NCBI GenBank assembly: GCA_036012755.1
Contig: DASCPX010000127.1
Location: 64,001-128,000 of the forward strand
Source: Myxococcota bacterium
GTDB taxonomy: Bacteria > Myxococcota_A > UBA796 > CAJQPC01
Direction: 5' to 3'
DNA length: 64,000 nt
Made by a program: the position numbers and the translations under genes. Positions 60,112 to 64,000 of this stretch are shown here, one piece after another (positions within the stretch are counted from its first letter, which is position 1; each line of letters starts with the position of its first letter). The notes below the pieces were generated by a model that saw only the letters and a list, made by a program, of their open reading frames with translations, made no database searches and was not told where the DNA came from.

Positions 60112-62127
60112 ATGCTCCTTGCGCTCCTCGCCTGCACGCCGAAGACCCCGATCGCCGATCCGAAGCTGAGTGCTCCTCCCGAGGGCCTCGACCACGCCCA
60201 GCTTCCGCTGGTCCGAGCCGCCCCCGGAGCAGCCAAGATCTACGTGGAGGCCACGCTGCCGGATGGAAGCAAGGGCATCTTCCTCGTCGACACGGGAGCG
60301 TCGGTGACGGCCATCGACCAGGAGGTCGCGGACCGCCTGGGCCTGGTGGTCGACGACCCGATGGGGGTGATCCAGGGCTTCGGCGGCCAGACGGCGTGGC
60401 GACGTTCGGAGCTCCCCTACGTCGAGCTCGGCGGCGTCATCGTGCCGAACATCGAGGTCGCGGTCGGCCTGCCGGGGGTGCCCGAGTACACCGGCGCCAT
60501 AGAGGTCGACGGCATCTTCGGGAACAACGTCTGGAGCGACTTCGTGGTGGCCCTCGACTATCCGGCCGACCTGCTGGAGATCGGACGGCCAGGCACGATC
60601 GAAGTCCCCGCCACGGCGGTCCCCATGGTCTTCGACGGCAGCCACATCCACACGATCGTGCGCCTCGTCGCAGAGGGCGCGGATGGCGAGGAGATCGCTC
60701 GCGACCTGCTCCTGGAGGTCGACACCGGAGCCCGGAGGATCCTGCTGTCCGGCGCCACGGGGGACGGCCTCGGAGACATCGCGACAGAGGGAGAAGAGCC
60801 CATCTTCGGCCTCGGCGCGTCAGAGAAGATGCCGGTCTCGGCCTTCTACCGGCAGACCCGGCACGTGGACCTCGTTCGCGCCGAGCTGGGAGGTGTCTCC
60901 ATCGACGACCCGGGCCACGCCACCTGGATCAACTACGACGCCAGCCTTCCTGTCGGCCCGGATCTGCTCGGACTCGTCGGCCATCACGTCCTGGCGGACC
61001 ACCGCGCTGTCTTCGACTACCCGAACGGTCGCTTCGCCCTCACCGAGTCGATCCACGAGCCTCGCCAGCTCGACGGCCACCAGCTGATGCTGGACCGCGA
61101 GCTCGAGGACAACGGAGACGATCCCGACCGCGCGCTGCTGCGTGCCCGCTACCGCGCCGCCCTAGAGGACGTCGAGGGCGCGCTCGGCGAGGTCGACGTC
61201 TACCTCGGTGAGCACGCGGACGACCTCGACGCCACCGTGCTCCGCGCCAGGCTCCTCCGCTACGACGGCGACCTCGCCGGCTACGCGGACATCGTCGCCG
61301 GCCTGGATCCCGGGGACCTCGTCGACCAGGGTGAGATCGTCGCCACGGTCAACGGGCTCCTGCTGGAAGACCGGAACCAGGACGCTGTCGACCTCGCCAC
61401 CGCAGCCGTCGCCCTCCGTCCTGACGACTCCGCCGCTCATGTCGCCTCCGCCGACGCACTCCTGAACGTCGGGAACGCTGCTGGGGCACGAACCGCGATC
61501 GCCAACGCGGCGAGGCTCGAGGAGAACCCCGACGCCTACCTGAAGCGCCGAGCCCGCATCGCCCTCGCGGAAGAGGACGTCTTCGCGGCCCTCGCCCACC
61601 TCCGGACGCGCCTGGCGCTGTACCCCTCCGATGGCGAAGCCCTGTGGTTCTACGCGATGCTCGTCGCCGAGCGGGAGGAGTTGGACGCAGCTGCGACCTT
61701 CGAGCGAGACGCGGCGGCCGCGATGCGCCGACTCCACCGCGAGAGCCGCCCCCTCGACTTCCTGATGGCCTCGCTGGCCCTGGTGGGTGCGGACGTAGAA
61801 GGCCTCCACGACGAAGGCGTCGAGCGCGACTGCCAGCCGATAGAAGAGGGTCCCAGCCAGGACAACTGCCTCGCCTGGTACGCCGCGATGTCCGGTCTCC
61901 GTGACGACGACTCCCTCGCCCTCATCGAGTCAGCGGTCGCCGAAGAGGCCAACCGCAGCGACTTCCTCGACACCCTGGCGATGGTCCACCTGGCCAGGGG
62001 AGAGCACCAGGAGGCTGCGGACGCGGCCCTCCTGGCGGCGCGCATCACGCCGGACCGCTTCTACCACCTCTGGCAGGCAGAGCGCATAGCTGCCCTCGCC
62101 GCGGGAGCCGCGGAGCCCACCGAGTAG
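60112..62127 (+). CDS. lipoprotein aspartyl protease (two retropepsin-like domains) with TPRs
   Basis: MLLALLAC; FLVDTGAS...DGIFG; LEVDTGAR...LGLVG; C-terminal TPR incl. FLDTLA. Confidence 0.82.
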   Translation: MLLALLACTPKTPIADPKLSAPPEGLDHAQLPLVRAAPGAAKIYVEATLPDGSKGIFLVDTGASVTAIDQEVADRLGLVVDDPMGVIQGFGGQTAWRRSELPYVELGGVIVPNIEVAVGLPGVPEYTGAIEVDGIFGNNVWSDFVVALDYPADLLEIGRPGTIEVPATAVPMVFDGSHIHTIVRLVAEGADGEEIARDLLLEVDTGARRILLSGATGDGLGDIATEGEEPIFGLGASEKMPVSAFYRQTRHVDLVRAELGGVSIDDPGHATWINYDASLPVGPDLLGLVGHHVLADHRAVFDYPNGRFALTESIHEPRQLDGHQLMLDRELEDNGDDPDRALLRARYRAALEDVEGALGEVDVYLGEHADDLDATVLRARLLRYDGDLAGYADIVAGLDPGDLVDQGEIVATVNGLLLEDRNQDAVDLATAAVALRPDDSAAHVASADALLNVGNAAGARTAIANAARLEENPDAYLKRRARIALAEEDVFAALAHLRTRLALYPSDGEALWFYAMLVAEREELDAAATFERDAAAAMRRLHRESRPLDFLMASLALVGADVEGLHDEGVERDCQPIEEGPSQDNCLAWYAAMSGLRDDDSLALIESAVAEEANRSDFLDTLAMVHLARGEHQEAADAALLAARITPDRFYHLWQAERIAALAAGAAEPTE

Positions 62128-62130
62128 GCC

Positions 62131-62934
62131 TCAGGGAGTGGCCTTCTTCACGGCGTGCTCACGCCGATCGACGATCTCGCCGAGAGGATCGAAGATGGTC
62201 GCGACGTCGGCCTTGTTGTTCCAGATGGGCTCCGGACTGCCCAGGTAGATGAGCAGCTGCGAGCCGGGATCGGTCTGGTGTTCTCCGACGCCGCTGTGGA
62301 CCTCGACCGTGTGCCCGGCTGGCACCACCAGGTCCGGGAAGGTCCAGCTGTTGTCGCGGGCGTCGGTGATCCTGTAGCCCTCGACGTTCAGGGCCTCCGT
62401 GGTGATGTTGCAGACGCGCAGGTACTCGCCGTTGACGTTCTCGCGATCGTCTCCGGCGGCGTTGGCGTGGAAGGAGGTCATGTGCAGCGTGCTCTCGTAG
62501 CCCTCCGTCACCCAGATGCCGCGGTCGCTCTCGCGCGCCTCGGCCTGCGCCGCCAACAAGGCGTCCACGTCGCCGAGTCCGAGCGGAGGGATGAGGAAGA
62601 CGTGAGCGACGCCGAGGGACACGAGGTAGTCCGCCAGCGGCTCCCCCTCGACCTCGACCCAGGCGATGAGGCGGCCGTAGGAGTCGCGCTCGAGAGAGCC
62701 GTAGGTCAGCGTCACGTCCTTGCCCTTGACGAAGCGCTCCGTGGCCACGCGGGCCTCGTCTCCGAAGACCTCCGCCGGCCGGAGCTCGGGGGTGTTCACG
62801 CCGGCTACGCGGACCTTGTCGCCGGTGTCGAGGGTGAAGGTGTCGCCATCGTAGACGCTGGAGACCGTGGCCTTGGTGGGGCCAGGACCGAACTCGTCTG
62901 CGAGGAGGGGAGAGATGAAGAGGGCGATGAGCAT
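62131..62934 (-). CDS. thermonuclease (SNase) plus lamin-tail domain, secreted
   Basis: VYDGDT, VRVAGVNTPE, RDSYGRL, AR...RGIW; NGEYL, IWNNKAD.A. Confidence 0.88.
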   Translation of the reverse strand: MLIALFISPLLADEFGPGPTKATVSSVYDGDTFTLDTGDKVRVAGVNTPELRPAEVFGDEARVATERFVKGKDVTLTYGSLERDSYGRLIAWVEVEGEPLADYLVSLGVAHVFLIPPLGLGDVDALLAAQAEARESDRGIWVTEGYESTLHMTSFHANAAGDDRENVNGEYLRVCNITTEALNVEGYRITDARDNSWTFPDLVVPAGHTVEVHSGVGEHQTDPGSQLLIYLGSPEPIWNNKADVATIFDPLGEIVDRREHAVKKATP

Positions 62935-62942
62935 GGAGCCCG

Positions 62943-63719
62943 CTAACCCCCGCTCGGCCTGTTCGCTTCCGGACGGGGGGGCTCGCAGAACATGCGGCGA
63001 AGCTGGCGCATGAGTGGCTTGAGCGATGTGTGGCGCACGACGCCGCAGGCATCCTGCACGGAGAACCACTGCACCTCGCCGATCCCCTCGTCTTCTGCGG
63101 GACAGAAGCGCTCCGGCGGGCTGTCGACCTCGATGAGGTAGACATGCATCGACTTCAGTCGCGGCTCCCCCTCCGGCGTGTGGAAGCCGTATCGGACGAC
63201 CCCCAGGTCGCAGCCGATGCGCAGCGGCGCCTCGAAACCCATCTCCTCCTGGAGCTCCCTGCATGCCGCCTGCTCGGGAGTCTCGCCGACCTCCAGCTTG
63301 CCCTTGGCGATCTCCCAGGTCGTGCCCCAGCGCCTCGTGCAGCTCACCAGCGCCAGCTCTACCTCGCCTCGGTCGCGGCGTACCAGGAAGCCACCCGCGC
63401 TGACCTGCTCGCGAAAGCCGTCCTTGAGGTTGAGCACGTGGCGGACGCCGATCCGTGGGGCCGTCCAGAGCCCGGAGCGGGTCCGCGAAAAGCGCGTGCC
63501 GGATCTGCGCGCCCGTCCGGCGTCGACGTAGAGCACGACAGGCCCTGCAGAGGAGCGGTGTGCGACCGCCCAGGCATCCGACTCGACGGCGGACAGGAAG
63601 ACCCGCCGCCCGGGACCCGCGTCGAGGACGCCGGCGCGCCTGTACCGCTCCAGCCGCGAGACGTTGCTCGCGTGGTACAGGATGTCCGGGACGAAGTGGC
63701 GTCGACGACGACCGCTCAT
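62943..63719 (-). CDS. Tpt1/KptA C-lobe-like domain fused to a Nudix hydrolase
   Basis: PDILYHAS...RRVFLS...PVVLYVDA...G.RF....GLW; Nudix box KGKLEVGETPEQAACRELQEEMG. Confidence 0.8.
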   Translation of the reverse strand: MSGRRRRHFVPDILYHASNVSRLERYRRAGVLDAGPGRRVFLSAVESDAWAVAHRSSAGPVVLYVDAGRARRSGTRFSRTRSGLWTAPRIGVRHVLNLKDGFREQVSAGGFLVRRDRGEVELALVSCTRRWGTTWEIAKGKLEVGETPEQAACRELQEEMGFEAPLRIGCDLGVVRYGFHTPEGEPRLKSMHVYLIEVDSPPERFCPAEDEGIGEVQWFSVQDACGVVRHTSLKPLMRQLRRMFCEPPRPEANRPSGG

Positions 63720-64000
63720 TCGTGGATGATCGCACAGGGCCGCTCGGCGAAGTGGCGGTAGGCGCGCTCGGTGCCTTCGACCATGGCCTCTACCGAGAAC
63801 TCCCGGGCCCGCGCTCGACCCGCCTCGATCGGGGGATGGGCTCCGGCGAGGGCTCCTCTCAGCGCGGTCCGAAGGGCATCGGGGTCCTCGGGAGGTACGA
63901 GCAAGCCCACCCCGGCGAGCACCTCTGGCAGCCCGCCGGCGGTGGTGGCGACGACCGGGACACCCGCGTGCAGCGCCTCCACGACCACCTGGCCGAGGCC
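63716..64000 (-). CDS. GT4 glycosyltransferase, C-terminal part
   Basis: GLGQVVVEALHAGVPVVATTAGGLPEV...GLLVPPEDPDAL. Confidence 0.88.
   Translation of the reverse strand, partial: GLGQVVVEALHAGVPVVATTAGGLPEVLAGVGLLVPPEDPDALRTALRGALAGAHPPIEAGRARAREFSVEAMVEGTERAYRHFAERPCAIIHE

Overview
Very high-GC (roughly 70% by eye), extremely gene-dense bacterial chromosomal window. It is most consistent with a Myxococcota-type genome: MYXO-CTERM tails, DUF2330, two Hsp70 paralogues and a TSP3/vWA lipoprotein point that way, but this is inference. About 55 CDSs can be supported. They include hemW-grpE-dnaK-dnaJ, tyrA, thiL, two CNNM/hemolysin genes, an IolM-like dehydrogenase, a CASTOR/POLLUX-like channel followed by two frameshifted cNMP-binding genes, cysH plus a siroheme dehydrogenase, a 4-heme cytochrome c, nrnA, a DEAD-box helicase, an acyl-CoA carboxylase cluster, DUF2339/DUF3999 and lgt. 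I saw no rRNA, tRNA, CRISPR array or mobile element. The most interesting signals are: (1) an unannotated 17-codon leader ORF with four tandem TGT (Cys) codons and an SD-sequestering hairpin directly upstream of cysH, a candidate cysteine-sensing attenuator; (2) a ~1220-aa kinase-dehydrogenase-SCP2-aldolase fusion in an operon with adenosine deaminase; (3) a Tpt1/KptA-lobe-Nudix fusion; (4) window-wide leaderless, back-to-back promoters and ultra-short signal peptides lacking an n-region, alongside a divergent Lgt. Family assignments come from motif recognition only; no searches were run.
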